In this document: positions 12,250 to 24,258 of the stretch, piece after piece
Numbering within the stretch: the first letter of the stretch is position 1
Layout: each line of letters starts with the position of its first letter
From: Octopus sinensis
Lineage: Eukaryota
Reading direction: 5' to 3'
DNA length: 64,000 bases
Assembly: GCF_006345805.1 (NCBI RefSeq)
Contig: NC_042998.1
Span: 178,746,001 to 178,810,000 of the forward strand
The notes under the pieces: model-generated
Told to the model about the DNA's origin: nothing
Seen by the model: the letters and a program-made list of their open reading frames with translations, nothing else
Database searches by the model: none
Translations under genes and position numbers: made by a program

Positions 12250-15200
12250 AGTGGTTGGTGAGAACTGTACAAGCCATGTACAAGGATGCCTTCAGTAAAG
12301 TGAATATAGTGTAGAAGTAGGGGTTCACCAAGGTTCAGTTCTCAGCCCCATCTTGTTTATCATTGTCTACCAGCCTATAACAGGAATTTAAGACTGACTA
12401 TTCTTGGGAACTCCTCTACACTGATGACCTTGTCTTTATAGCTGAATCACTGCCAGAGCTAGAGAAGAAATTGCAGGTGTGGGAGCAAGGTCTGGAATCA
12501 ACTGGCCTTAGTAAATTTAGCAAAGTCCAAAGTCCTAGTAAGTAGGAAAACAGACAAATTACTAATCCACCCAGGGAGATGGCCCAGCTTGATATGTAGA
12601 AAAGATGCAGGTGGAAATTCTGTACAATGTACCTAGTGCAACCTATGGACCCATAAGAGCTGCGATGGCATCACAGGAACGTTAACAGAGGAAGTAATTT
12701 TTCTATGTAGCAGATGATCAGGTATAATAAACAGAAAATAGACCTCTTCAAATATCCAGGGGGATCCTTAGAAATCCACTACCTAGGCACCAAGTTAACA
12801 GTGAAGGAAGATGCTCTAAAAGCATAGTTGCTAGAATAAGAACAGGCTGGGCGAAGTTCAGAGAGTTACTACCTTTGTTCGTAATAAGGGGCCACTCCAT
12901 CATCATCATCATCGTCGTCGTTGTTTAACATCCACTTTCCATTCTGGCACGGGTTGGATGGTTTGACTGAGGGCTGGAAAGCCAGAAGGCTGCACCAGGC
13001 TCCAATCTGATCTGGCAAAAGTTATACAGCTGGATGCCCTTCCTAATGCCAACCACTCCAAGAGTGTAGTGGGTGCTTTTTACATGCCACTGGCACGAGG
13101 GCCAGTCAGGCAGTACTGGCATTGACCATGCTTGAATGGTGCTTTTGACATGCCACCAGCACAGGAGCCAGTCAGGTGGCACTGGCAATGACCATGCTCA
13201 AATGGTGCTTAGGACCAGTCAGTTGGCACTAGCATCGACCACACTCAAATTGTGCTTTTTACATTGTCTCTGTGAGGCCCAACGTTTGAAGGTTGTGCTT
13301 CACCACCTCATTCCAGGTCTTCCTGGGTCTACCTCTGCCACAGGTTCCCTCTAATGCTAGGGTGTAACACTTTTTTGTACAGCCCTCCTCATCCATACGC
13401 AACATGTGACCATACCAGAGCAGTCTTCTCTCTTGCACACCACATCTGATGCTTCTTATGTCCAACTTTCCTCTCAGGGTGCTTACGCTCTGTTGTGTAT
13501 GCACACTGATATTACCCATCCAGCAGAGCATACTAGTTTCATTCCGTGCAAGCTTACACATGTTCACAGTAGTCACAGCCCATGTTTGACCACCATGTAG
13601 TATGGCTGTTCACAAGTATGCATCATATAGTCTCCCTTTTACTCTGTGTGAGAGGCCCTTTGTCACCAGCAGAAGTAGGAGATCTCTGAACATTGCCCAG
13701 ACTATTATTATTCAAGCAGCTACACTCTCAGAGCATCCACCCCTGCTACTGACTTGGTCACCTAGGTAATGGAAGCTAACAACTACTTCTAGTTTTTTCC
13801 CCTGGAATGTAACGGAAGCCGTTTTCTGCACATTTTCAGTGTTTATTTCCTCTGAGCATTTGCCACATACAAAAAATCTATCTTCCCAGTTAGCCTTCCT
13901 TTGATATTGCTGCACCTCTTATATGTCCATAGCTTACACCAGGTACATCTTATGGAGTTTCTAACTATACCTTTTCTATAGATCAAGCAGGGCCATCTAC
14001 TTGAAGGGTTTGTCTGCCTTCCTACTTATTAAGACTTTGGTTTTTGCTAGATTAGCTCTAAGGCCCTTCGATTCTAGACCTTGCTTCCACACCTGAAACT
14101 ATTCCTCAGATTAAAAGGCAGATTGTATGACGCCTGTGTATGAACAGTTATGCTACATGGCAATGAAAAGATGGGCTGTGACTACAGAAGACATGCAAAG
14201 GCTTCAAAGAAATGGACCCAGAATGCTCCACTGACAGGTACAATGGAGTGTAAGTGTTTTAAGAGAAAAATTGGGTATTAGAAGCATCAGATGCAATGTG
14301 CAAGAGAGAAGACTGCATTGTTATGGTCATGCAATGCATTTGAATAAGGAGAGTTGCATCAAGAAGTGCTGATCTCTAATTGTAAAGGGAACTTGTGGAA
14401 GGGGTAGCCCAAGAAAACATGGGACGTTGTAGTGAGAAACGATCTTCAGATGTTGAGCTTCACAGAGGAAATGATAAAGGACCAAGATCTCTGGAAATTT
14501 GCTGTGCTTGACAAGACATGTGAAGCTAAGTAAAAACTGTGCTCATCCATACATCCAGGCATGTCATTTATGACCATGTCTCCCCCACCACTTACGCGCA
14601 TAATCTGTCCTCTGTCAAAACACCCTACAATCCATCATCCCAACATCCCCCATCCCACTACTATCCATGATCATTACCCACTACAGTCCCTCTACTCCCC
14701 CTCACGTGCCTAAACACACCCTTTCCACACTCTAACATATCTACCATACCTCCTTCTTCCAACCACTCTATTTTCTCTCACCATCACTTGCAACAGCCAT
14801 GTCTTCCCCATCTCTAAACATCTCCCCTCATATATGGAACACCTACCCTGGCCCCAATACATCTCTAACACCATCTATTTTTCTCTCTCTCCACATTTCC
14901 CTAGTTCTCTCTCCCTTTCCTTTCTTTCCTTGTCCTACTGGGGTAACCAAGTATCCCCTATATAGTAAGACAACTATCTCTGTCCCTCTATTATACTCTA
15001 TTATACACAGCCACTTCCCTTGGTTCCACTCCCTCTCTCAGCTAAGAGGTCTTTGCTCTGCGAGCTACTTGGCAACTTTACAGGTGCTACATAAAAAGCA
15101 CCCAGTACACTCTGTAAAATGGTTGGCATTATGAAGGGCATCCAGCTGAAGAAACTATGCCAAACAGACAAATGGAGCTTGGTGTAGCTTCTGGCTTACC

Positions 15201-15290
15201 AGCACCTGTTGAACCATCCAACCCATGCTAACATGGAAAACAGACATTAAATAATGATGATGGTGGTGATGATGATGAATATGATGATGA
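12250..15290 (+). mobile_element. Degraded RTE LINE: RT 3' half, CT-rich 3'UTR and (GAT)n tail, interrupted at 12897/14103
   Basis: GVHQGSVLSP and YTDD remnants at 12.3-12.5 kb. The ORF resumes at cctcagattaaaaggcagattgtatga (14103) and the tail ends in gatgatgatga at about 15290. Confidence 0.8.
12898..14100 (-). mobile_element. Second RTE copy nested in opposite orientation
   Basis: (CAT)n at 12898, family tail to about 13260, and ORFs 13259-13576 (RLLWYGHMLRM..GRGRPRKTWNEVV) and 13712-13915. Confidence 0.85.
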
Positions 15291-15371
15291 TGGATGGATA
15301 GATGGATGGATAGAGAGAGAGGTATATGAGAAAGAAAAAAAAAACAATGGTATGTGACAAAAATATCTCAC

Positions 15372-15530
15372 CTGTATTCCAAACAAAAACGTAAGATGCA
15401 ATGGTGGATTATCTTCAATATTATACTGTAGAGACTTGCGACGTATTCGATTTAAAGTCTTTGTCTGAATGCTGTTAGTTTTGTTCCTGACAACAGGGAG
15501 CTCTTTTTGTTCTGATATATCATTACTCAT
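15372..15530 (-). CDS. SLC23A: SLC23/NAT transporter, first coding exon: MSNDISEQK...LQYNIEDNPPLHLTFLFGIQ
   Basis: ATG at 15530, 6 nt inside an acceptor (ttttctacccag|AAC at 15536); donor CAG|gtgag; 53 codons, phase 0. YNIEDNPP.HL.FLFGIQ matches the SVCT Y.IED.PPWYL..FLGLQ pattern. Confidence 0.9.
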
Positions 15531-16299
15531 TATGTTCTGGGTAGAAAACAAATACAATGAATATACACACATACATACATACAAATTTTTTCACTTTTAG
15601 ATAAAATGAGGCAAGAATATGCATGAACAGAAATCACTGGCTAGAATTAATCAATTGCTTGCTTTAACAGCACTACCTGGTTTTCAGGTGCCTTTAGCAG
15701 AGTTCACTCTGTTACAAGCTTTTGAGAAAGACCTCTAGTTTGCTGATAACTTCCTGCTTTTGTTTTCCATCAGTTTTGGAGACCTTGAAACAAAACAGTC
15801 GATGATTAAAAGGTAGAGAAAAAGAAGAAAAAAGTGGGGATGCATCAGCTTTGTGGGAGCCCAATATTTCAACACATCTTAGACTCAATATCTCAATGAT
15901 AAACATGGGTGTAGAAAGTAGCACAAGCAATCAGTTGTGTGTGCAAGACAAAAGGGCTATGACAAGACTTGTGCTTACATAGTCACCTGTAAGTTCAAGA
16001 AGATAAATCTGAAGGACAATGACACACAAGTTCTAAGAGACCCCTGCCACCACAACATACACTCACACCCATGTACAGTGAACTTCTGAAATAATAGCTT
16101 CACAAAATATTAGAGACACCAAGATAAAGGCATTTTAGAAAACTGTAATAAACACACGTTTGTTATCTGGTACTAATGGTGTAAGATTACATATATATAC
16201 ACACATATACACTTATATATATGAGTGTATATGCATATTTATATATATATATACACATACATACTTATTATATATATACTTATCATATATATATATATA

Positions 16300-16422
16300 T
16301 GATGAAGCCTTCTGGCTTCACAGACCCCAGTAGAACCGTCCAACCCATGCTAGCATGGAAAACGGACGCTAAACGATGATGATGATGATGATGATATATA
16401 ATAAGTATATATAATAAGTATG

Positions 16423-16462
<40 letters not shown>

Positions 16463-16978
16463 TACATACTTATTATATATACTTATCATATATATATGAT
16501 AAGTATATATAATAAGTATGTATGTGTGTGTATATATATATTTGCCAGCTCTGTCTGGCAACCGTGTTGGTGGCACGTAAAAGCACCATCCGTTCGCGTC
16601 CGTTGCCAGCCTCAGCTGGCCCCCGTGCCGGTGACATGTAAAAGCACCGTCCGTTCGTGGCCGTTTGCCAGCTCTGTCTAGCCCCGTGTCGGTGGCACGT
16701 AAAAGCACCATCCGTTCGTGTCCGTTGCCAGCATCGCCTGGCCCCATGCCGGTGACACGTAAAAGCACCATCCGTTCGTGGCCGTTCGCCAGCTCTGTCT
16801 GGCATCTGTGCAGGTGGCACGTAAAAAACACCCACTACACTCGCGGAGTGGTTGGCGTTAGGAAGGGCATCCAGCTGTAGAAACACTGCCAGATCTGACT
16901 GGGCCTGACGAAGCCTTCCAGCTTCACAGACCCCAGTTGACCCGTCCAACCCATGCTAGCATGGAAAGCGGACGCTAA

Positions 16979-17010
<32 letters not shown>
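16300..17010 (+). mobile_element. Two (GAT)n-tailed RTE 3'-end repeats separated by microsatellite
   Basis: Tails end at about 16395 and 17010; the second has about five tandem gtggcacgtaaaagcacc units. Confidence 0.85.
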
Positions 17011-17329
17011 ATAAATATATATATGCATAATGGACTCTCCTATCAAAACTGACTTGTGAGTGTTCAGCTTTTGCTGAATGACTTGCACAAATGATTTGGG
17101 TTATAGAGATCAAATGTATGTGTTGTACATCAGCTCAGTCCTTCTGCCAAATCAATGATGCCTGAACATGTGCCACACGACAAGTGCCGAAGTGATTGCA
17201 AAACAATATGAAATGAACTGTTTTGCTCAGGAACACAACGCACCACCCAGTCTAGGAATTGAAATCGTAATTTCACAATCATGAATGCAATATTGTAACC
17301 ACTAGTCCATGCGTCCTCACTAATATATA

Positions 17330-17378
<49 letters not shown>

Positions 17379-17620
17379 TTTGAAAATCATATTAAGAATA
17401 TAGGAGCTGCTGTCAGGCTTGAAGTGATCCAAAAGACAACATTGTTGGGTACAGCTTGCATTCTAAGGAGAGTGTTGTCTCTTTGAGTCACAGGAGAAGG
17501 TACTACTTCAAACCTTCGGTGATTTGTTATTGCCTGCTTTCAAGTAAAGAACAACCATAAATAGGACAGTGAGAATCAAAAGAATAATAATAATGATGAT
17601 AAAAATAATAATATAAAAAA
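17330..17620 (+). mobile_element. 3' end of a Dong/R4-clade (restriction-like endonuclease) non-LTR element within (TAA)n
   Basis: 17400-17486 translates IGAAVRLEVIQKTTLLGTACILRRVLSL*, the R4/Dong C-terminal IQK..LLGTA.ILR.VL motif. (TAA)n lies on the 5' side and a degenerate TAA-rich run at about 17585. Confidence 0.7.
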
Positions 17621-18180
17621 AAAAGGATCAAAGGTCCTTCCTGAACCATAGGTTCATAAGACCAGTTTCCCCAGTTTCTGCCGTCGTATATATATCCCAC
17701 CTCCCATCACCGGGCAGGATGCTCAGTCCAGCGCAAGATTACTTTTGCCAGCAAGGTGGCAACATGAAATTGAAACAACACTCTTATGATCATGAGTGCA
17801 AATATATATGTGTGTGTGTGTATATGTATATATATATATATAAGTATGCATGCATGTGTGTGTGTGTGTGTATATATATATGCACACATATATATTTACA
17901 CTCATACATACAAACATATATATTACATTTTAGAAATGCTTTTAATTTTCCTTTATCTTAAAATGATTTTATATTTTTATCTCAACTTACTGCATAAAAT
18001 TTGATAGCTACCAAAGTGGTATTCATTATTCTCAACCTCTATTTCTTTTTTAGTTGTTTTATGTAATAAATGCATTAGAAAACTTTATAGACCAAGGAAA
18101 ACTCATATTAATTTCCTAGACAATTAAAAATTCATAACATCGTTCCAGTCCCCAGGGTTGCTGTCATTTGTAATGTTTAC

Positions 18181-18370
18181 TTTGTGTATAAAAACATTTC
18201 AGCATTGAAAGCCAACAAACCTGTACGTGTTACAAACCTGAAAAAACAAAATAATTAATTATGCAGTGTCGCTTGCAGCAGTAAGTAGTATCTAAAGACA
18301 CAAACCTACCATCCTCTCTCAAATAAGCAGCTTCTGCCGTCCAGCAAGGTGGAATCCGTGCTTATATAAG
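18181..18370 (-). promoter_or_regulatory. Candidate promoter and non-coding 5' exons of the SLC23 gene
   Basis: Palindromic TATA-like cttatataag (18361-18370), donor GATG|gtaggt at 18309, strong acceptor ttttgttttttcag at 18238, donor AAA|gtaaac at 18180. Motif match only. Confidence 0.25.
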
Positions 18371-18795
18371 AATCCACTTGCCTTACCACTCACTTCTCTC
18401 AGTTGGACATTTGCAACAAGGTTTCCACTAACTGTAACTCAAAGCCTCTCTTCAACGTTCCAGTCACTTCAGCCACTCTCTGTACCATTCTCTGGATTAC
18501 TCCAACCACCAGCAGTTGTTTAACAATCTCTCAGTCCACATTGAAGATATCTCAACTTGGCTTCCTCTGAAGTTGTTGTACGAGGTCAGCCCTATTCTTG
18601 TAGATTTATGATCAGACATTCCAGTCATGACAGTTCTGGCTGTTTTGGGATATTACATCTACACTGTCCAATGTATCCTTTTCTTAATTAAAGCTATAGT
18701 GTAGGATCAGAGGGAGACTTGGCTGTTATTTCTATTGATTTAAGAGATCACACAAAAACTCTCCAAATTATCTTGGAGACTTCAGCACACAAGCT

Positions 18796-18826
<31 letters not shown>

Positions 18827-19395
18827 ACACACACACACACTCAATCTCCTATCAGTTCTTGCCCCATCCCACTCCAATACTGCTAGCATACATATCAAAA
18901 TATAGGAATCAGTTAACTTCTTCACCTTCCTCTTCCCCAAATCAACACACAAACTTTCCAAACACACTTCACCTATTTCTAACCTCCACACCCACCTTAT
19001 AAACCAGTTTTGGGGACTCTTCATTGTATCACCTGATCACTATCTAATCAAAACAACTCACTCGGCTCCCCATTTTATAACAAACACCTGAGTGATTAGA
19101 ACTCTGACAGTTTATTCCATGCTGTCAAGGAAAGAATAAAAATTTTCCTTCGACTCCTGCTAAGCAGGTGACTAATACAACCCTCTTAGGTTTGTCTCTC
19201 AGCATCTCTCACAAACAGAATCAATAACATAGAAATCATCAATTGGCTTATTTGAAGGTATGCTGCAGCTATACAGTAGTGAAGAACCTTAGCTGCATCA
19301 CCTGGAAAAGTCATACACCATCATTAACTGAAAGGTGTTTCATAACCATTACAAAACCAGCAAAATAGTCATCAAGAAAAGGATGTTTCCATGCA

Positions 19396-19793
19396 TACTC
19401 TTTACTTGTTTCAGCCATAAAACTGAAGCCATGCTGGAGCACTGGCATTAGTTGAGCAAATCGACCCCGGGACTTATTCTCTGTAAGCCCAGTACTTATT
19501 CTATCGGCCTCTTTTGCCGAACCGCTAAGTGACGGGGACGTAAACACACCAGCATCAGTTGTCAAGCAATGCTAGGGGGACAAACACATACAAACACATA
19601 CACACACACATATGTATATATACATATATACGACAGGCTTCTTTCAGTTTCCATCTACCAAATCCACTCACAAGGCATTGGTTGGCCTGGGGCTATAGCA
19701 GAAGACACTTGCCCAAGATGCCATGCAGTGGGACTGGACCTGGAACCAAGTGGTTGGTTAGCAAGCTACTTACCACACAGCCACTCCTGCGCC
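19396..19793 (-). mobile_element. Full-length tRNA-derived SINE with an internal (TA)/(TG) microsatellite
   Basis: Minus head ggcgcaggagtggctgtgtggtaagtagc...ggttccaggtccagtccc and tail gaaacaagtaaagagta. Sister copies at 22459-22845 and 52425-53500. Confidence 0.85.
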
Positions 19794-20259
19794 TTACAGC
19801 CAGTAATTCATCACACAGCATGTTGATGAATGAGTGTTTGTCTCTCAGCCTTTTTGGGATGTGAGACAAGAAGTTTATACATGTAGCAAAATTTTAGTCT
19901 CAGATGTATGAACAGTAATTAAATATAGGTCATACTTAAGCTAGCAGGTGCTCAGCATCTGATCAAACTTGATGTACTTCTGGTCTTAAATAATCTCTGA
20001 GATGCTGATTTAGCATTATTTAACATCTGAGGTTACTATGAAAAATTACCATAGTGTAGCTGCATATTTTACTAGCTTTGAGGGCTTTCATTGCATGTAT
20101 TTCATGTACATGGAAGGTATAGTACAAGAATGTAGCACCTGTGTTTTTTTGGTGTTGTTGTTATCATCAACTGATGGCTCTTTGTACACATATGTAAATG
20201 TGTCTGTGCATATGTGTATGCATGAATTCATATAAGCATTTGTGAACATGGACCTATAA

Positions 20260-20462
20260 TCTTTTCTACTCTAGGCACAAGGCCCAAAATTTTGGGGGAG
20301 GGGGGTAGTCGACCTCAGTACTCAACTGGTACTTAATTTATTGACCCCAAAAGGATGAAAGGAAAAGTCAACCTTGGCAGAATTTGAACTCAGAACATAA
20401 AGCCAGATGAAATACCACTAAGCATTTCACCCAGTGTGCTAACATTTCTGCCAGCTTGCTGC
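20260..20462 (-). mobile_element. tRNA-derived SINE, family of 958-1196
   Basis: aaggatgaaaggaaaagtcaaccttggcagaatttgaactcagaac...ttctgccagcttgctgcc. Confidence 0.75.
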
Positions 20463-20681
20463 CTGACATGGGCTTGTAATGAACAAAAAAGTAAACTACA
20501 TTGTACATGAAAGCAGTCAATACTTACATTGGAGAGAAGGTGATTCCAAGGGCAGTCAATTTTCTCTGAAATTTGGTTCTAGAAAAGAGAAAAAAGAAAG
20601 GAAATAGAAACAGTCTATTAAATAGGAAATTCCAATTTTGGGGCACATTTACAGATATTTGTCCTCATCTTGTTTATTGTT

Positions 20682-20724
20682 AACACATTTCGGCTGATAT
20701 ACCCTTCAGCCTTCTTCAGGTGTC
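20682..20724 (-). ncRNA. Minimal type I hammerhead motif (family A, left arm), stem III damaged
   Basis: gacac CUGAAGA a ggcug aagggtatat cagcc GAAA u gugtt; about 4 nt shorter than the right arm in stem III. Confidence 0.45.
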
Positions 20725-21005
20725 TTTGGGAAATTTTGAACCTGGGTTCTCATTCCTAAGGTATTTTTCGATTATTATTATTATTGTTCAGGTTACTGCT
20801 TGGAAACGAACTCGGAATCTTGCGGTTAGTAGCCCGCGCTCTTAACCACTACGCCATATACTCATGTACAATTATGGAGTGAATTTTAGGGTTTATAAAT
20901 CTAATTAGATTTATAAGCCCTGAAATTCACTCCATAAATGCCCACAGGCATATGGCGTAGTGGTTAAGAGCGCGGGCTACTAACCCCAAGATTCCAAGTT
21001 TGATT

Positions 21006-21056
<51 letters not shown>

Positions 21057-21105
21057 CATCAAAAAACACCTTAGGAATGAGAACCCAGGTTCGAAATTTC
21101 CCCTA

Positions 21106-21151
21106 GACACCTGATGAAGGCTGGAGGGTATATCAGTCGAAACATTGTGTT
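21106..21151 (+). ncRNA. Minimal type I hammerhead motif (family A, right arm)
   Basis: Stem I gacac/gtgtt; CUGAUGA 21111-21117; extra A; stem II ggctg/cagtc; GAAAC 21139-21143; att at the cleavage region. Confidence 0.65.
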
Positions 21152-21344
21152 AACAATAAGCAAGATGAGGACAAATATCTGTCAAATGTAAATAATGTAA
21201 ATAATGTACATAATTCGTCATTTCTTAAATATAGTTTGTTTGAAAGAACAAACTTTATTCGCCAATGCTGTTGTTTATCATCATCGTCATTGTTACTATT
21301 ATTATCATCAGTACATGGATTTGATTCCCAGGCCAGGTGAAACA

Positions 21345-23230
21345 TTTTAAGGCAGTGAGCTGGCTAAACCATTAGCATGCTGGACAAAATGAATAGCAAC
21401 ATTTCGTCTGTCTTTATGTTTTGTGCACAATTTCCATCATGGTCAACTTCACCTTTCATCCTTTTGGGGTTGAGAAAATAAGTACCAGTTAAGGATCCAG
21501 GTTGATGTTATCGACTTTCCCCTCCTGCCAAAAACTGTTTTGCCAGTGCCAGAATTTGAAACCATTATTATTATTATCGCCTGTTCAAATTCTGCTTTTC
21601 ATCCTTTCTGTGTCAATAAAATAAGTATCAGTTGGGTACTGAGATCAATACAATTAACTAGCTCCCTCCAAACAAAATTTCATGGCTTGTGCCTATTGTT
21701 GTTTGTTCCTTCTCGAGCCACACCTGGCTCAATAGGGCCAGTTTCCCTGGTTTCCTTGACATATAGGTTCCCCACCTGGATGGGACGTCAGTCCATCGCA
21801 GATGAGCTGCAAGATGCAGGAGGAAAAAGTGAGAGAAAGTTGTGGCGAAAGAGTCAGGAGAAGTTCGCCATTACCTTCTGTTGAAGCTGCGTGGAGCTTA
21901 GGTGTTTCGCTCATAAACACACACATCGCCTGGTCTGAGATTTGAACCCGCAATCCCTTGACCGTGAGTCCACTGCTCTAACCACTAGGCCATGTGTCTC
22001 CACCTTGTGCCTATAGTAGAAAGAATTATTACTGTTATCATTATTAGTGTCAAGGTATAAAGCAGCAAGCTGACAGAATCGTTAGAATGCCAGGCAATGG
22101 TCAAGAATATTTCATCCGTCTTTATGCTCAGAGTTAAAATTTCACTAAGGTCAATTTTGCCTTTCATCCTTTTGGGGTCAATAAAATAAATACTAGTTGA
22201 GCACTGGAGTTGATGTAATCAACTTAACCCCTCTCCTGAAATTACTGGCCTTGAGCAAAAATTTGAAACCATTATCAATGACAAGGTGGCAAGCTGGCAG
22301 AATAGTTGAAACATCGAAAAAATGCTTCACAGCATTTGTTTCAATTCTTTATGTTCTGAGTTCAAATACAACTTAGATCAACCTTGCCTTTCATCCTTTT
22401 AGGGTCAATAAAATAAAGAACGAGTCAAGCACTAAGAACAAAGTGATAAACCAACTCCTACTCTTTTACTTGTTTCAGTCATGTGACTGCAGCCATGCTG
22501 GAGCACCACCTTCAGTCGAGCAAATCGACCCCAGAACTTATCCTTTGTAAGCCTAGTACTTATTCTATCAGTCTCTTTTGCCGAACCGCTAAGTTACGGA
22601 GACATAAACACACCAGCATCGGTTGCCAAGTGATGTTGCGGAGACAAACAAAGACAGACAAACATATACACACACATATATATATACGACAGGCTTCTTT
22701 CAGTTTCCGTCTACCAAATCCACTCACAAGGCTTTGGTCGGCCCGAGGCTATAGTAGAATACATTTGCCCAAGGTGCCACACAGTGGGACTGAACCTGAA
22801 ACCATATGGTTGGTAAGTAAGCTACTTACCACACAGCCACTCCTATCCCACAAATTGCAAGCTTTGTACCTAAATTTGAAATAATTATTATTGTCGCCTT
22901 TTTTTTTCAGTCTGTTGAGCATCATCTATTTTAGCATGCCATTTGCGACATATGATTATTATGGAAATAGTTAAATGCTAATATATACATACATATATAT
23001 ATATATATAACATATATATATATATATATATATATATAAGGGTGGAGAGCTGGCAGAAACAGTAGCACGCCAGACAAAATGCTTAGCAGTATTTTGTCTG
23101 TCTTTACATTCTGAGTTAAAATTCCACTGAGGTTGACTTTGCCTTTCATCCTTTTGGGGTAGATAAATTAAGTACCAGTTGCATACTGGGGTCAATCTAA
23201 TCAACTGGACCCCTCCCCAAACATTTTGAG
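21345..23230. mobile_element. Cluster of at least six tRNA-derived SINE copies, including a distinct family at 21700-22003 (minus) and a full-length copy at 22459-22845 (minus)
   Basis: Repeated aggtcaac(t/c)ttgcctttcatcctttt(g)gggtc bodies. The 22003 head is tggcctagtggttagagc..gggttcaaatctc. Confidence 0.8.
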
Positions 23231-23242
23231 CCTTTATATATT

Positions 23243-23289
<47 letters not shown>

Positions 23290-24258
23290 CCGCCTTGGCT
23301 GACTTCCATGCCGGTGGCACGTTAAAAACACCAACCGATCGTGGCCGATGCCAGACTTCCCTGGCACCTGTGCAGGTGGCACGTAAAAAGCACCCACTAC
23401 ACTCACGGAGTGGTTGGCGTTAGGAAGGGCATCCAGCTGTAGAAACGCTGCCAGATCAGACTGGAGCCTGGTGCAGCCCCTGGTTTCCCAGACCCCGGTC
23501 GAACCATCCAACCTGTGCTAGCGCAGAAAACGGACATTAAATGATGATGATGATGATGATATATAAATATATATATATATATATATACAAAACATTTATT
23601 TGTTGAAGTGTGGCTTCACTCAGGCTGAAATAAAACAACACTAAAATAAAAACAAAGTTTAAAATCTATACAAATGTCTTTACAATCTATGAAATACAAA
23701 AAAGAAAAAAAAACACATTTTAGGAACTTAAATCCATTGCAGTTATAGACTGGCAAGATAAATATATCACAATCTTTATATTTTAAACCTCTAAAAGAAA
23801 TTCGTTAAAAATACAAAAAAATAAAAATGGATAAAGTGTCAAATGCAGAAAAAAACACTTTTAAAAATCATTAAAATGTAATGAATAATGTTGACATATT
23901 TCTTAGATATATGCTTCATTTTGGAGAAAAGGAGTGTAAAATGGAAAGAATATATATGTGTGCGTATGTGTGTGTGGCATGCCTATGTCTGTGGGACATA
24001 AACCCGTACCAATGGAATGTAAAAAGCACCATACAAGCATGGCCGATGCCAGTACTGCCTGACTGGCCCCTGTGCTGGTGGCACATAAAAGCACCCACTA
24101 CACTCTTGGAGTGATTGACATTAGGAAAGGCATCCAGGTGTAGAAACCTGCCGGATCAGATTGGAGCCTGGTGCAGCCTTCTGGCTTACCAGTCCTCAGT
24201 CAAACCACCCAACCTATGTCAGCATGGAAAACAGACATTAAAATATGAGGATGATGAT

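Larger units (their letters stand above)
20645..21188. mobile_element. Head-to-head palindrome of a tRNA-head / hammerhead-tail SINE-like element
   Basis: Arms match across about 250 bp apart from the (TAA)n length difference, with a loop-less centre gggtttataaatctaa|ttagatttataagccc at 20904/20905. Each arm has a tRNA-like head, (TAA)n, and a CUGANGA..GAAA tail. Confidence 0.85.

Noticed and set aside
16560-16830. CRISPR-like array of a conserved 19-nt repeat with variable linkers (also at 10.1-10.4, 46.4-47.0 and 57.6 kb)
   Set aside because: The linkers are homologous to each other, the array is internal to a eukaryotic retroelement tail, and no cas genes are present.
20947-21010. tRNA gene calls here and at 5555, 19793 and 22003
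   Set aside because: They have A/B boxes but no complete acceptor stem and continue into repeat bodies, so they are SINE heads.
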